A stretch of 59,448 nucleotides of DNA, counting the filler, from Dugesia japonica (Eukaryota), in the NCBI GenBank assembly GCA_001938525.1. It is 6 parts of 6 records of this genome, joined end to end, with 100 filler letters (N's around TTAATTAATTAA, not from the genome) between each part and the next. Parts side by side here need not be neighbours in the genome. Positions count along the whole stretch, not along the records: positions 18,376 to 30,939 come from MQRL01600625.1; positions 31,040 to 39,795 come from MQRL01607795.1; positions 39,896 to 50,043 come from MQRL01642810.1; 3 more parts are not named here. One strand, 5' to 3'. This document shows, piece after piece, positions 26,585 to 40,382 of this stretch. How positions within the stretch are numbered: the stretch's first letter is position 1; each line of letters opens with the position of its first letter. The translations under genes were made by a program, and so were the position numbers. The notes beneath the pieces were generated by a model. It ran no database searches. It saw nothing but the letters and a program-made list of their open reading frames with translations, and was not told the origin of the DNA.

Positions 26585-29500
26585 TTTGTTACACCAATAT
26601 AATTTTAATCCTACGCTTATTATTGAGTTACTGGATGAGTTGACAGAATATTTCAACAGCGAAGTCGGCCTGACTTCAGGGTGAGTAATTGGTAAGTAAG
26701 TAAGTGATAGAATTCATTACAATTTTGTATAATTTCTATCGTAAAATACAGTTTTTTTCATGTAGATTTGTTTATTTTCCTGTGAGTGATACTTATGTGT
26801 TCGGATTTGAAAACCAGGCATAATTCATACACACGCACTTACCAACAAACAAACTACATCCACATGCACCACATACATATATAACACAAACAAATATAAT
26901 ATAATTGCTCATAAACATAAATAATATAAAACAAAGATTGATTTTATGTCTGAAATCAGAGCAAAACAACAGCCGGATCAGCAGTCGATAAAAATATGAT
27001 AAGCATTCCGATAACTCTATTTGATCTAGACATTTTATTTTATCCAGAAAATAATCTTCATTAATGTGAATATTTTGACAATATTTCTTTGGATTTTATT
27101 TTTAAATAGGAAATAAGTTCTGATTGTAAAACAACTGTCATTTTACTTATTGATTAAATCGAGTTTTGTGAAAAATAATTTATATGGTGACAAAATAATC
27201 AACAGCTGTCACTTTTATTAAATGATTAAAGTTTATTTTTGTAGAAAATAATGGATTAAATTTTTATAAGTACTTGGGAACCACAGCTATGTGTAGAAAA
27301 AAATTGTATAAATACAGATTGAATTTTTTAGTTTTTCGAGCAATTTTATTTGAAGAATATTATTTTTTATTTTTACTATTACGGATATTATTGTATACAC
27401 CAAATATATTATTTAAAGGGTACTGGTTGTTATTTATATAAGGTTAATACACATATTACCTTATTTATCGTTTGTTTGAGATATTACAATTATATAATAG
27501 AGTTGTTACAGAAAACTATTATCAAAACATATTAAAAAAACTTTTAAGTCATTAACACTTGTAAAATAACTAAATCGTTTCCACTAACTATAGTTTCAAA
27601 TTTGAACCATAAAATCTTTTATTGAGTAGAAATACCCAACATATGTCAAAATACTTATAAAGGCTAAGCAAGCTAGTGGGTTACAAAATTTATTAAATAT
27701 GGTTATTTTAGAAACGGGACGTTGAATTAATAAAATATGTAAAATCTTGAGTTAAGAGAGTATGACATGGTGATGAATTTATTAATTTTTATCTGAATAA
27801 TTGAGTGTCAAAGAAAACCGATAAACCAGTATTAAAACCGACCTTATGACCATACAGTGCAAGTGAAAGGAAAAAAGGAATGCAATTGTGGATACTGAGA
27901 TTAGAGAGTTTCAAATACCAAATTGGAGACTAGGCGAGTACAAATGAAAGAAAACGAGTTAGCTCTCTAACAAGCCAAACAGGTGATGCCGGATGTCCAC
28001 AAAATGTATTCAAATATTGAAGCTCCGTTATTCACCACTATACACACCCGTTGACAGTCATATTATACACTATCTGAAATGACAGATGAAAGAAAAATTA
28101 AAGTGGATCTAGATATCCTTGACAGAAGGGTTTATGAAAGTTATATTTGATGAATTTAAGCCAAAGTGTATTGTGTTTTATTGAAATTCATTAAGTATGG
28201 CCGTGTGAAAATGGCATCAATTATACTGATGAAAACTAATTTATGCAATTTCACTAATCACATATGATATTGTTTTTTTCTTCAAGAAACATCCCGAGTA
28301 TAAGACGAAATACAGTATAGTCTTGATGAACTCGGGAAAAGTGACAAATGGCACAGAAGGTATCATATATACTTGTAGATTTCAAATTGCCCATAAAGAA
28401 AAATCATGTGAGAAAGTTAAAGTTGAAAAATCATAAATAGAACGATTGCCCAACACTCAGAGAAAAGACAAATCATGAAAAATGATAAATCTATAAATTA
28501 TAAAAACAAATCAGATATTTTGGTAACTAGATTACTGTCATGATAATGGAATAAATTGTAATAAAAATCTTTAAAACATATGTCTATATATTTTAAAAAT
28601 AGATATTCCTAATAAATATGATTAAATTAGAAAATTAACGATTATGTTTAATTTTTGTATTTTACAGAATTTTACCTTTTTTTTATTTTCAATACTCAGT
28701 CAGAGTTTTTGTGTCAAAAATTACTTCTCTGGAAAAAACAACACAATCATTCAAGTCAGTGTTAAATGCATTTATAGGGCAATTGCCATACTCGTCCGCA
28801 AGATTAGATTTGAAAACAGTGCAAAGTTGATCGATATAATATCATTGATTCTATCAGAAATTATTAGGATTCGGGGTAGATTATTGAGGTTTACTACAGA
28901 GACTATTTTATTAGCAGCCAAAAGACTACCAATGTCGGATTACAGAGAGTTGAGTGCCCTTCTCTGCGTTAAAGATCTGAGTATCAATATAAACAAGACT
29001 ATTCCAGTTTAGATGAGCATCCATGAAAGTCATGATCTTTTCATTGCAGAGCCAACAACTATTAAATATCCTAAAAGTGAGTTTATCCACAGTTAGGGTA
29101 TGTAAAGAAATTGTTAGGGTAATAGTGGACCCTTTTCGTTATTTCTTAGGAAATACATATTTTCCTGGAATTTTAGTAGTATCATAGAAGCTGACACCAC
29201 TCAAAACTTCGGCAGCATTCACGATAGTAAAGATCAGTAGCAGTATTTTTAATATTTTCTGGCTGCTTCAATTATTTTACTGTGTGTATTAATTGATTTA
29301 GAATAAGAGTTTATCCTTAAACTATTAATTCTTTTTTCGTTAAAGATATTCTAGATCCTCAGCCTAAGTGACAAAACCTTTCCGAGCAGGAGAGTTCACA
29401 GATGAAATTGATTAGCTAAGTTCATGCGCAGGATCAGTAGCACTTTTTCTGGTGAGTTGGGAGCCTGCTGAGTTGCAAATTTGGAAGAGTCCAAGACAGC

Positions 29501-30939
29501 GCACTCTAAAATAGAGTCTTGAACATTATTATGAGCATCGGGAAGCCTATTCATTACAAGAGCAGAGAAGTGCCACAAAGGGTTAGTGAGATAAGTTTAC
29601 AAAAATGTCCTCCTTCTAGAAAACATGGGCAGCAGGTATCTCCAGATTAAGATCAACAACAGTGTCAGCTATAACTGATTTATTGTTTCTGCACTTAATT
29701 CTCTTTCTTGTTTACTTATGCTTTGCTGTCAGTCCATATATATTGTAAGGAGCAGTATCAATTTGGGCACCATTTGAGTAAACTTTCTTTTTAATTTCAG
29801 TGTCGGTACCACAAACTATTATTATATAAGATTATATAATAATTATGATTAATCTAAAATTGTATTGAAGTTATTAATTATAAAATTACTGGTAGCAGAT
29901 TTATCAGGAAAAGATTCTGCAATCGCAGATGTATTATTGTTAAAGTCCAAGTTAGAATTATTAGTAATAAAATTGTTTTCATTATTTGAAATGGATTTGT
30001 TAGATTTATTTGTAGATAGTAGATTCGTGAGAGTTTGTAAACAATACATTTTTATACAGGAAAACTTCGAAATAATGTACATATCGGTGCAACAACAAAT
30101 TATATGCAATATCGAGGTTTTGTAGAATTTTTTATAAGGTAATTACGTAATAACTAGTCAATATGATTNAATAATAATTTATACGTTAAAAGNACATTAC
30201 CAATNAATAAAAACACTTAGATAACAAATCTTATTTTTTAAAAAAGTCCATTATTGAAGTTTGTTTTTTTGTTGGTTTCAATGAATTTTGAATGCTGCTT
30301 TAGAATGATAGAAACAAATTTGTTGAAATTTCTAGGTGCTGCTTTGGTGAAAACATTAAGAATCTATGAATATTATCCAATACTTCATTTAACTGACAAA
30401 TTATTGGACAAATAGTATTTTAAGCAATATGCATATATTTGTTTTCTGTAACCACTTAAATTTAAAAGAACTGTTATTTTTCAGTAGTCTCTATACTAGA
30501 GTCAAAATAAATAAATTCTTGTACAGATACTCGATATACAATGGGAAAATATTGGATATTCTCAATTATTTCAGAAACATCGCTTTCACGATCAACAAAC
30601 TGAATAATTTTGGTATGCTTCCAACAATTATAAATTCATTCTGAAGTTACTTTATTCCATGAAGTTCGTATAATTACAATTGTTTCAGTATTTAGTTTTT
30701 AATTTAGAGTTCAGACTATTTTTACTAGAAAACTAAACCTAAGAGCACAATTGTGACCCGTAATTTTGTTGGGCTGGAACACATTCAGGAATAGAAGTTG
30801 TAGGCCCAAAAAGTTTGAAAATAAACGAGGAAAATATAGACAATAGAGGGAAAAGTAGATGTGCTGGACCAGAAAATGGATTATTATATGCGAAATTATC
30901 ATTATTATTAGGTAATTATTATTAGTATAATTATTATAA

Positions 30940-31039
30940 NNNNNNNNNNNNNNNNNNNNNNNNNNNNNNNNNNNNNNNNNNNNTTAATTAATTAANNNNN
31001 NNNNNNNNNNNNNNNNNNNNNNNNNNNNNNNNNNNNNNN
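30940..31039. other. Artificial contig-joining spacer
   Basis: 44N-TTAATTAATTAA-44N. Confidence 0.97.
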
Positions 31040-32249
31040 AAATAGAAGAATCGCAGATATTTTACACATGAAATAAAAAAAAATAATAATATAAAAATAA
31101 TTACACCTTTTTTGCATAATTTCATTTACAATAAAGTAAGAATAAAAATAAAAATAAAACGAATATAATTTTAAAAAGTTAGTTTTTTGTTTCATCATAA
31201 AATTAGAAGTTTATTTTATGATACAAAATATCTCGAATCAAATGAACAAATTTCAAATTGTTTGGGATTGGTCATTGGAATTTCCGAAGATTTCAGAGAA
31301 TAGTTTAATCATATGTTAAAATTTTCTGAATGTTGGATAATAATCATGATTATTTCCAGGATAGCTAGATAATGTTATCTTCTGACTTTGTATGTNTGAT
31401 GTTTCATATAAACTATGTATGAAGCATGTATGTGTTAAGTTTTCATGTGTTGTTATACATTGTTTTATATCATCGAATTTATATAGGAAATGCGTTCTTA
31501 AATCGCTTTTTAGTAAACGATACTCCGTCATATAGTACAGGAAGGATCGTGAGGAGTTTCATAGTCAGGATTTACACATTCTATCCTAAAGATACAGGTG
31601 TTGAATATGTGTTCAAAGTTTGCGTTGATACTAATTAAATTTAGATGTTAAGAACCTTTAATTCTGAAGAATAGGTTATGTTGTATGTGTTGCGTTTTTG
31701 TGACCATATCTCCAAGTTTAAAGCTCTGTTTAGTTTCGATGTGTTTGAGGAGTTCTGTGTGGGTTTTGATAAAACCGAAATATTTGAGTTTGTAAGGTAA
31801 TTTGAGATAAGTGATGTTCAAGGTGAGTAAGGTTATTTATGTTCCGAAAAAAAGAAAATGTAATATCTTATCTTGATGTGATTGTTTATTTAGAGTGAGG
31901 TTTCTTCTTCCGAGGATTTGACTCGTAATACTTTCAGGAATATTATCTACTTAATTGTGTTTATATCATGTGGTATTAAGGTATGAGCTCAAAATGGTTC
32001 AAGATAAGTGTATTTAACATTTGTAACTTAATAAAATATATATGTAAAACTTGATTTAAAATACAGAAAGTTGAACTGTTTCTTATCTTTATAGCTTGCT
32101 GCTATTATCTTGGGAGTATCTTCATCTAACTTATCTATTATAATAACCGGTTAACATAACCGGTTAACTCTCTCTCTCCTAATTAAATATATTAATTAGG
32201 ACTTTGTGCTGTTTCTTGTTTACTTTGAAGACCAATTTTTTTAATGTGC

Positions 32250-32865
32250 AAAAATCATTTTTAATTTTAATAATATCGAATCTTTTTGACACGAGAAATT
32301 TGAGAAGAGGTTAAAGTCAGACTGATGGTCCGGTATGGCATCTTGTCTGATTTACGATAATTTTTCTATCAGTCTGAGAATTTTATTTTTGCTGAATTTT
32401 GTTAAGAGATAACTATATTTGCTAAACTCTTCTTTAATGTGACTAAGTACTGATCCGATAGCTTCAAAACAAGCATCTGTATCAAGTACAAAAACTCTAT
32501 TCTTCTTATGAAAGTCTAATATTGCTGTATTGTCCGCTAACTTTGGAAAACATTGTTGAAATTTATTGGATCATTTTAAGACCTCATCTTTACCTGAAAT
32601 GGTATATCCGTGAATAGATCATCGATAATAATTTACTAATCTCATGAAAGAACACAGGGGACAAATTCAAACAGGAGGTTCTGCCTTTAAAATTTCTTCA
32701 ATTTTCCTTTTATTGGTTCTTACTTAATCGGCTCTTACTATGTGTCCCAGTAAGATCAACTCTCGTTGATGAAATTTACATTACCCCTGGTTTACTTTCA
32801 AACCAGCACTACTGATACGTTTAAAAACCGTTTCCAATATATCATCGTGTTTTTTTTCTAGACAT
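32250..32865 (-). pseudogene. Gypsy pol fragment (RT thumb-RNase H)
   Basis: HDDILETVFKRISSAGLKVN..CKF....LLGHIV...LVNYYR...FVLDTDACFEAIGSVLS. Confidence 0.85.
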
Positions 32866-34771
32866 ATAAATCATAGTTGTTAAAGAATAAAGCTAATAAT
32901 TAAAATCAAAAACTGAGCTCTTTATTTTAATATTTAAACAACAGCTNNNNNNNNNNNNNNNNNNNNNNNNNNNNNNNNNNNNNNNNNNNNNNNNNNNNNN
33001 NNNNNNNNNNNNNNNNNNNNNNNNNNNNNNNNNNNNNNNNNNNNNNNNNAGTTGAATACTTTTTCTCATTACTAGTTTGTTTGTTTTCTTCCTGCTATGA
33101 ATACTTGTACTTTGAAATGTTGTCGTTTTATAATATGGAGAAGGAGAACATCATTCTAATCCTGATGATATGTCAAGAATGTCATTGAGTTATTGTTAAC
33201 AATGCCAGACTGAACATGAATATGCCAAGTTTAAATCGTCTTAGGTAAAATATGTAAATGTTATGAACTTTTTCAGAAATGATGCACACAGTTACATTAA
33301 AAGAATTTAAAGAATATGAATTATTTGGGGAAANNNNNNNNNNNNNNNNNNNNNNNNNNNNNNNNNNNNNNNNNNNNNNNNNNNNNNNNNNNNTTTAACT
33401 ATTTAAAAAGGTTTTTAATTTTTGGTTGCACTACATGACTGCTAATTTAATTTCATTTTCTGAACAGGATTCTTTAAATCCTCTTATAAATAATGACTTT
33501 CATTATATTTCTAAGTAGCAATAGAAGTCAATCGGTTACATACAGCATGAAAAGATTCAGGATCTAGATCAAGCGTCGACAATCTATGATTCGTGGTGAG
33601 TTTTTATTTGAGTTCATCAAATAAAATATATTTTCAAAAAGAAGATTTAATATCTATCTCTCCTTTTTTCCAAAACAGTAAATTGATATCGAATGAAAAA
33701 AGTTTAAAGAAATTTTATAACCAGCTCTATAAGCATTTTTCATAATATCTACAACTACTGACCGGAAACGTTTTCTTAGTACTCATATTTTTGAAGATTT
33801 TGACCCGCACCAAAAGAAAAGGATTGGTGACGCCTGATCTAAATCCTTGAAATTTTACAGGTTTTCTGTGATTTTATTATGCTAGTTTTGTTTTTTTCTG
33901 ATTTTTTTATGTGAATGATGGAAATGGTTTTCTTAACCTTTCCGTTTGAGAGCGGGATATATTGTTATCTCAATAATTTTTTTATTTGAATCATTTGCTA
34001 AATACCGATAATGTTTGGCTGATACTTATTGTAATCTACAAAGATATTACAATAAATGCATTGTATTATAAAAACTGAAAAATATGAAAGATATTGACGA
34101 TTTTACATGATAAATAGAATTATCGGACCATACACACAGTTCGTGTATACATTTGTTGATTGAATTTTTGGTTTGCATGCCTGTGTTTTTTTGAATTCTT
34201 TTACATGGTATTATTTGATTGATAAAATTTCAGTCTATGTTAGTAGTTTTCTGCATATTGATAATATTGATAATATAATAAGAAAATTCANNNNNNNNNN
34301 NNNNNNNNNNNNNNNNNNNNNNNNNNNNNNNNNNNNNNNNNNNNNNNNNNNNNNNNNNNNNNNNNNNNNNNNNAATAGCGTTTTAAAATTATAGAACATG
34401 GCCATAATCAGCATTTGAACTAGAAACCATTGTGATTTTTAATTTTAGTTAGTTAAATACAAAAATTCTACTGGTATGATTTTGTATCCCACTTCGGTCC
34501 TCAATCCCATGTCGATGCTTAGGTAACCGGAATAACTAATGATCTNTGTAGTTAAATCTTTTTTTAAAATTTCTTTTATTAAATGTTTTATTTAAAACAA
34601 AACCAATAATTCGCTAATAATGATTCATTGTGATATTTTTGGTATTTATTAAAACAAAAATTCTTGATAAATGATGAAAATTAAAACAAAAACTAGTTTT
34701 AAAATTTTTAAAAAATAAAAATTGAATTTTCTAATTTTGAAAAGAAAATTTTCCGATGTTTTTCGGTAATG

Positions 34772-35842
34772 TTATTTTATCGGAAAAAATTTCTTCATTT
34801 CATATCGAAACGGTTTCATGTTTCCATAATAAATGAAAATATTGATTGATTCGACTACCATTGAAAAATACAATCCAATATCATGAATATTATACATGAT
34901 TTGAACTTGATTCCGTACAAATTCACTGTTGTCAGTTAGATTTTCTAAATATGTTATTATAAAAATTAGAAATGCTACCGATAGACCTCCAGCAAGAAAT
35001 AATATTGATAATATCAACACTAAAATTGTTGCTTTGATTTCTTTTTGAAATTGTTTCTTTGAATTCTTTCTTAGCCTTTTCACTTTATTTTGATTTTCAA
35101 ATATTTTCCATAATAAAGAAAAGTTGATAAATAAAATCATCATAACTTGTATGAAACCTGTATTAAGAAATAAACATTTTGACCATTTTAAAATTTCAAT
35201 TACAATTTTATCGTAACTTGCATATGAAGTACAATAGATCTTTTGACCAACTCTTATACTTCTACTAAAAAGAAATGTAAATAATGTCACCATAATAAGT
35301 ACAAATGACATTATTAAACTGGCATAAACTGCACTTTTATATCCGTATTTAATCATTTGTAAGGGATAATAAACTGCCAAAACTCTATCTAAACAAATTA
35401 AAACAAAAGTTCCACAAGACAAAGTTGAACACATAGTATAAAATCCTCTAAAGATTTTACAAGCTTCATTTGACAGATTAATTATAAAAAAATAAATCTC
35501 TCCTTCACTTGAATATGGTAATCCTTTAGCTGGAAACAACCACAACCAACCGTAAGAAAATATAAATAATGTATCATAAATTGATAAGAATGTTAATAAA
35601 ACAGTTTGTCGAGATTTTTTCGGATATTGAAAAGTAAATATATAACATATAAATAAATTACTAACTAAACCAAAGCTTCCAACTATTGGAAAAACGTAAG
35701 CAGACAAAATACCAAGTATGTGACTTAGATAACATAAAGTTGAATTAGTAGTAGACTCGTTTTTTATTTGACATGTATATATCATATCATAAGGAGTGTC
35801 AATATAGGCGTAATTAGCTTTCAGTTGAACATAATCTTTCAT
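34772..35842 (-). CDS. Intronless class A (rhodopsin-like) 7TM GPCR, flatworm-expanded orphan/peptide-receptor-like type
   Basis: Intact 356-aa ORF with seven hydrophobic segments, N-glycosylation sites (NES, NST), TM1 GLVSN, TM2 LSIYD, ECL1 Cys (ACK), CLDRVLAVYYP (DRY equivalent), ECL2 Cys, EIKAT at the TM6 start, and TM7 SINIFIY plus helix-8 FR. Confidence 0.95.
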   Translation of the reverse strand: MKDYVQLKANYAYIDTPYDMIYTCQIKNESTTNSTLCYLSHILGILSAYVFPIVGSFGLVSNLFICYIFTFQYPKKSRQTVLLTFLSIYDTLFIFSYGWLWLFPAKGLPYSSEGEIYFFIINLSNEACKIFRGFYTMCSTLSCGTFVLICLDRVLAVYYPLQMIKYGYKSAVYASLIMSFVLIMVTLFTFLFSRSIRVGQKIYCTSYASYDKIVIEILKWSKCLFLNTGFIQVMMILFINFSLLWKIFENQNKVKRLRKNSKKQFQKEIKATILVLILSILFLAGGLSVAFLIFIITYLENLTDNSEFVRNQVQIMYNIHDIGLYFSMVVESINIFIYYGNMKPFRYEMKKFFPIK

Positions 35843-36329
35843 TTCATTTAATTAGAATTAAAAGAATATCTTTATAATTATCCAATTATTCAAAAATTTA
35901 TTGATAAATCAAATTTGATTCGATATGATTTCATCGAAAATTAAACAACAAATTTTTACTTTATTAACAATTAATAATATGAAATAGTAATTGCTGATTT
36001 ATTTAAACTGTTTTTTTTATTTCGTAATTGATTTATCTGTCATGATTAAAATAAATATTGGTGTAATCAAATTAAAAGTCGATGACTTTCTGCTAGTTTT
36101 AATTGGTTTACATTAATAATAGCAATCCCAAAATGATGATTCTCAATATAGTGATTACTACTTACAAAATGTAAAAGCATTATTGGGTAAATAAAATATA
36201 TTTAATAAAGAAAAACCAAAAGCAACAGATAATTGTTGTTATTATTATTTATTGTGCTTAGTCTGCTTAATTCTACGATGATAGTCATTTTAATGTTATC
36301 AATCTTTTGAGGATCTTTTTTATAAATTT

Positions 36330-36696
36330 ATCGATATTTTTGCAATATATCGTTTTAATAAAATCAGTATAATTTTTTTTAAAATTTTTTTTGTATAATT
36401 TATCATTGATTAAATAGGATTATCGAATAACTAGGATAAACAAATCAAGTTTTCTTTGTTGAAAAGTAAATTTTAGTTTTTTGAAAAACCGTAATTAAAA
36501 ATTGAAACGGTTTTTATGTTTTCATAATAAATAAGAAGTATTGATTGAATCGACATTCATTTAAAAATAGAATGCAATGTCATTTATTATATATATATTT
36601 GACTATCCTATTTATTCGATAATACTATTTAATCGATGATAAATTATACTGTTTTTAAAAGTCTTCATTAAAACGATGTATAGCAAAAATATCGAT
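36330..36696. repeat. Inverted repeat arms (36330-36438 and 36604-36696) flanking a GPCR fragment
   Basis: ATCGATATTTTTGC.ATA.ATCGTTTTAAT...GTATAATTTATCAT.GATTAAATAG.ATTATCGAATAA.TAGGATA occurs in both orientations. Confidence 0.85.
36439..36603 (-). pseudogene. Degenerate paralogous fragment of the neighbouring GPCR (TM7-helix 8-3' end)
   Basis: 36503-36603 aligns with 34806-34906 (GAAACGGTTT..ATGTTT.CATAATAAAT...TATTGATTGA.TCGAC). It translates QIYIINDIAFYF*MNVDSIN vs QIMYNIHDIGLYFSMVVESIN. Confidence 0.8.
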
Positions 36697-36700
36697 TCCT

Positions 36701-37010
36701 TTACGTTTCGGTTTATTTGGTATGAAAACTGTTCAAAATGTACTAGCTAATAACGGAAAAATATTACCAACATTAAAATCTAATGCATGAACTAGGTAAT
36801 GTTGTATTTTCTTTACCAAGTGGAGTAATGACATGATATCAAAATTAGCAAACATATTGCCAACGAGTATAATAAACAAAGTACCGAGCAAAATAACTAA
36901 TATTACAAAATTGCAAAATTAACCCAACAGGCGAGAGACAACTAATAAGCGCAAAAAGTTATATACATCACGTACAAGACTTCGAATGAGATGTTATTTA
37001 ACAATATTTG
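36701..37010 (+). pseudogene. Polinton PW-type small protein, partial
   Basis: LRFGLFGMKTVQNVLANNGKILPTLKSNA matches the 43090 ORF, followed by a basic tail TNKRKKLYTSRTR. Confidence 0.7.
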
Positions 37011-37013
37011 AAA

Positions 37014-37945
37014 ATGATTTGTTTAAAACGGAATTATTTATTTTTGATTGTTCTTCGCCTTAAACTGTTTATGAATATGATGCATTTGAAGACTTGTTTC
37101 GAATGAATGCAATTGCTTATCAAAAAAGCGAATTATTATTTTTTATACATGAATCTCAAACAGAATATTTGAATTTGAGTTCTACTTTATTGCATGTACA
37201 CGAAAAAGTAGTTAATAGAGCATTTTTTCTTTGCAGTTTATTGTAACTTGATTTTATGGATCAGCCTAAATATCATATTCCATGTGTTAATGCACAAATT
37301 TGAATTACTAGATTATTTTCAACCATGTGTTTAAAATCAACAGCTGACGAGACAAATTATCAATTTTAGCAAATGTAATTGTTAAACGAGTCGAAGTTGA
37401 ATCTTTAGTATTGGCAGGTTATCAAATAGTAATAAATAAACAAAATGAAGTTTATCCAATAAAAAGAAGGAAATTGTATATTTTGAAATTAGTAAACATA
37501 GTATCGTATTTTATAAGGAACAAAGTTTACGTGATCTTCGACTACCAAACTTAATTCTAGTCACATTTCAAAGTGAACGTCAATATGTTGGTAGCTATAA
37601 AACGTCTAACATAAACTTTGTTCATTTCAATGCTACTTCCGTATCTTAATCGAAGGACATTGATTATCGAGAAATTTATTATCAGTATTTTGAAAACGAT
37701 AATTATAGCGCTATATATAATTATATATATATTATATAATTATATAAATTCCAAACCAAATACTTATTCTTTATATTGGTTCTTGATCCAAATTTTGATA
37801 TTCATCACAATCAATTACCTCAACTTGTAAATTTGCAGTTGAATATAAAGTTTTCGTAAGCTTTGCATACACCTGCATATGTTATAATTTATGGTGTATT
37901 TGAAAGCAAAATTCACATTAGTGGCAACTGAACAATACTAATTTA
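37014..37945 (+). pseudogene. Polinton major capsid protein (double jelly-roll, hexon-like), internally deleted
   Basis: KTELFIFD..SP*T...ELLFFIHESQTEYLNLSSTLLHV; LDFMDQPKY; LPNLILVTFQSERQYVGSYK; C-terminal QLNIKFS.AL...YVIIYGVFESKIHI. Confidence 0.8.
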
Positions 37946-37976
37946 AACAATGTCTTTTACAACATTTTAATGCACT

Positions 37977-38420
37977 ATGAAGCAAGACTTGATAAAAATA
38001 TATATTCCATTTAGTAGTTCTATTCAAATTAATTATATTCGATCAAAATTGCTTGTATTGAGGTGGTTAGGTGTCTATCCATTAGATAAACTGTCATTTC
38101 TTCCAGATAATAAATCCATAATTGTCAATTTACAAATATCAAATCTTGATAGAGAAACTNGAATAGTGGTTTATAATAAACTCGTAAACATACTGTTATT
38201 CAATATTATGGTATAATATTATCTACTTATGTTGGTATTTCATCTGTCTAAAATGTCAAACCTATCATAAACAACAAAATACAGTATCAAAATACATTTA
38301 CAACAAATTGTGGACAATACTGTTTATTAATAAATCAACTCACATTATCGAACTATGATGATTACAGTTATTTGATAATGAATATTGATAAAGTTCTTGA
38401 TTATTTTGTTGAGTGTGTAA
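37977..38420 (+). pseudogene. Polinton adenain-like cysteine protease
   Basis: WLGVYPLDKL...IIVNL...NNKIQYQNTFTTNCGQYCL (Q...CG catalytic motif), directly after the MCP. Confidence 0.85.
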
Positions 38421-39795
38421 ATTATCCTTCTGTGCAACATTCTGAAGGTAATAAAATTTATAATTTCTATAAATTATGGATATGCCACAAAATATTCTCG
38501 ATGAATGCGAAGATTGTAAAGAAAATCTTAATGCCCCAACAAGAAAATCTTGATGATTATGATGATTGTAAAGATTTTGGGATTTATTCCGGAATTAATT
38601 AAAACATTGTTTTTATACGTTTAATATATGTTTTTAAGAAATTGCATTTTTTATATCTTGTACAAAATGTCTAAATCTCGTGCTATATGCAATGCTATAC
38701 ATATGCCATACACATGCTACATGCATGCTTTATGCATGTCATATGTATACTATANNNNNNNNNNNNNNNNNNNNNNNNNNNNNNNNNNNNNNNNNNNNNN
38801 NNNNNNNNATCAATATTACTTTTTCCGACAATGTATAGACAATTTTTAATTCTCTACATGCTGGCAAAATCATTCATATTTGTAATTGCAAAATTTATCT
38901 GTACACGTTTTCTAATATTTATCAATTTTAATATTGATTTATTGATTTTATAAATATTATTTAAAAATCAGTCATTTCATTACGCATTTAACAATACCTT
39001 ACTTGCTAGAATCAGATCAGAATCTCAAGTTGAACTAAATATGTAACAGTCCTTTAGGCAATGCATAGATAGATTTTAATTTTCTATCTGATTGTATCAG
39101 AAACTCAAACTCTGTAATTACGTATTAATTAATACCAAGTTTGAATTAATCAGACAACAAATAGAATAGCTTGAAAAGGTTTTTTGCAAATGCGCGATAG
39201 CTCATTAGTTGTTTCCATGCACATTTATGAATGAAGCACTTTTGCCAAATGTTTTTTGGACAATTTATAAACAGAATGTTTGCCTTATTTCGTTAACAAT
39301 GGTTTCTATTCTAAAATAAATAAAGACAGAGTGCTATTGAGTACGAAAAGTGTTTTTCATGAATATCAATTATCACATTTGACGTATTTTGTGTGCAAAG
39401 ACATTTAAACATGATCGGATCAGAACAAAAGTACTTTGTTTTTAAAAACTTTTAAAGATATTTAAAATATTTTATTTAAAATAACATCGTTTTTGTTAAC
39501 ACTTGGAATTTCTTGGTGAAAAGGTTATGTTAGGAAAGCGTAATACTAATCAAGATTAGTTTGGTAACACTATCATACGTTTCCATAAATATTTAATCAC
39601 AAATTGTTTGGTTTTCTTGTTGAAAGTTAAAAAGAGATGAATATTCAAAATATTCAAACAAATTAACTTTCATTAAACTTTTAATGAAAGGATATTTTAT
39701 AATAATCAATGCCTGTGAAACCTAAAAGTGTTTATAAGTTAAGTTTCTTCTTCAGCAAGTATCATCTTTCTTGAATTTGTTTTATCACTTCTAAT

Positions 39796-39895
39796 NNNNN
39801 NNNNNNNNNNNNNNNNNNNNNNNNNNNNNNNNNNNNNNNTTAATTAATTAANNNNNNNNNNNNNNNNNNNNNNNNNNNNNNNNNNNNNNNNNNNN
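39796..39895. other. Artificial contig-joining spacer
   Basis: 44N-TTAATTAATTAA-44N. Confidence 0.97.
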
Positions 39896-40300
39896 TGTTT
39901 TAAATTTTAAATGGAAATTAAATAGCGAATGATTAGTTTTGTTTTAAATTTTATATGGAAGTTAAATAGTGAATGATTATTTTTGTTTTAAATAACGAGT
40001 GATTATTTTTGTTTTAAATTTTAAATGGAAATTAAATTGCGAATGATTAGTTTTGTTTTAAATTTTAAATGGAAAATAAATAGGGAATGATTAGTTTTGT
40101 TTTAAATTTTAAATGGAAATTAAATAGCGAATGATTATTTTGTTTTAAATAACGAGTTATTATTTTTGTTTTTAATTTTAAATGGAAATTTAGTAGCTAA
40201 TGATTATTTTTGTTTTAAATTTTAANTGGAAATTAAATAGCTAATGATTATTTTAGTTTTAAATAACGAGTGATTATATTTGTTTTAAATTATAAATGAC
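39896..40300. repeat. Minisatellite, ~44-bp unit interspersed with a ~24-bp subunit (Polinton subterminal)
   Basis: TTTTGTTTTAAATTTTAAATGGAAATTAAATAGCGAATGATTA repeated, with the variant TTTTGTTTTAAATAACGAGTGATTA. Confidence 0.9.
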
Positions 40301-40382
40301 GATGTAATAATAAATTAAAAAGTTTGTTTAAATTTTATTATTTAAAAAAAATTAGAAACATTAAAAAATTTATATAGTAAGT

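Noticed and set aside
26631-26675. Hammerhead-ribozyme-like CTGGATGAG...CGAAG
   Set aside because: The core deviates from CUGANGA/GAAA and I could not form stems I and III.
28644-30125. LINE ORF1 or host gene
   Set aside because: Coding-like composition on the minus strand, but no motif I can identify confidently, and many stops.
31300-32000. Env-like fragment downstream of the Gypsy pol piece
   Set aside because: Too degraded; no cleavage site, fusion peptide or TM could be supported.
38480-38560. LxCxE Rb-binding motif in a small ORF after the protease (ILDECEDCKE)
   Set aside because: The spacing does not match L-x-C-x-E.
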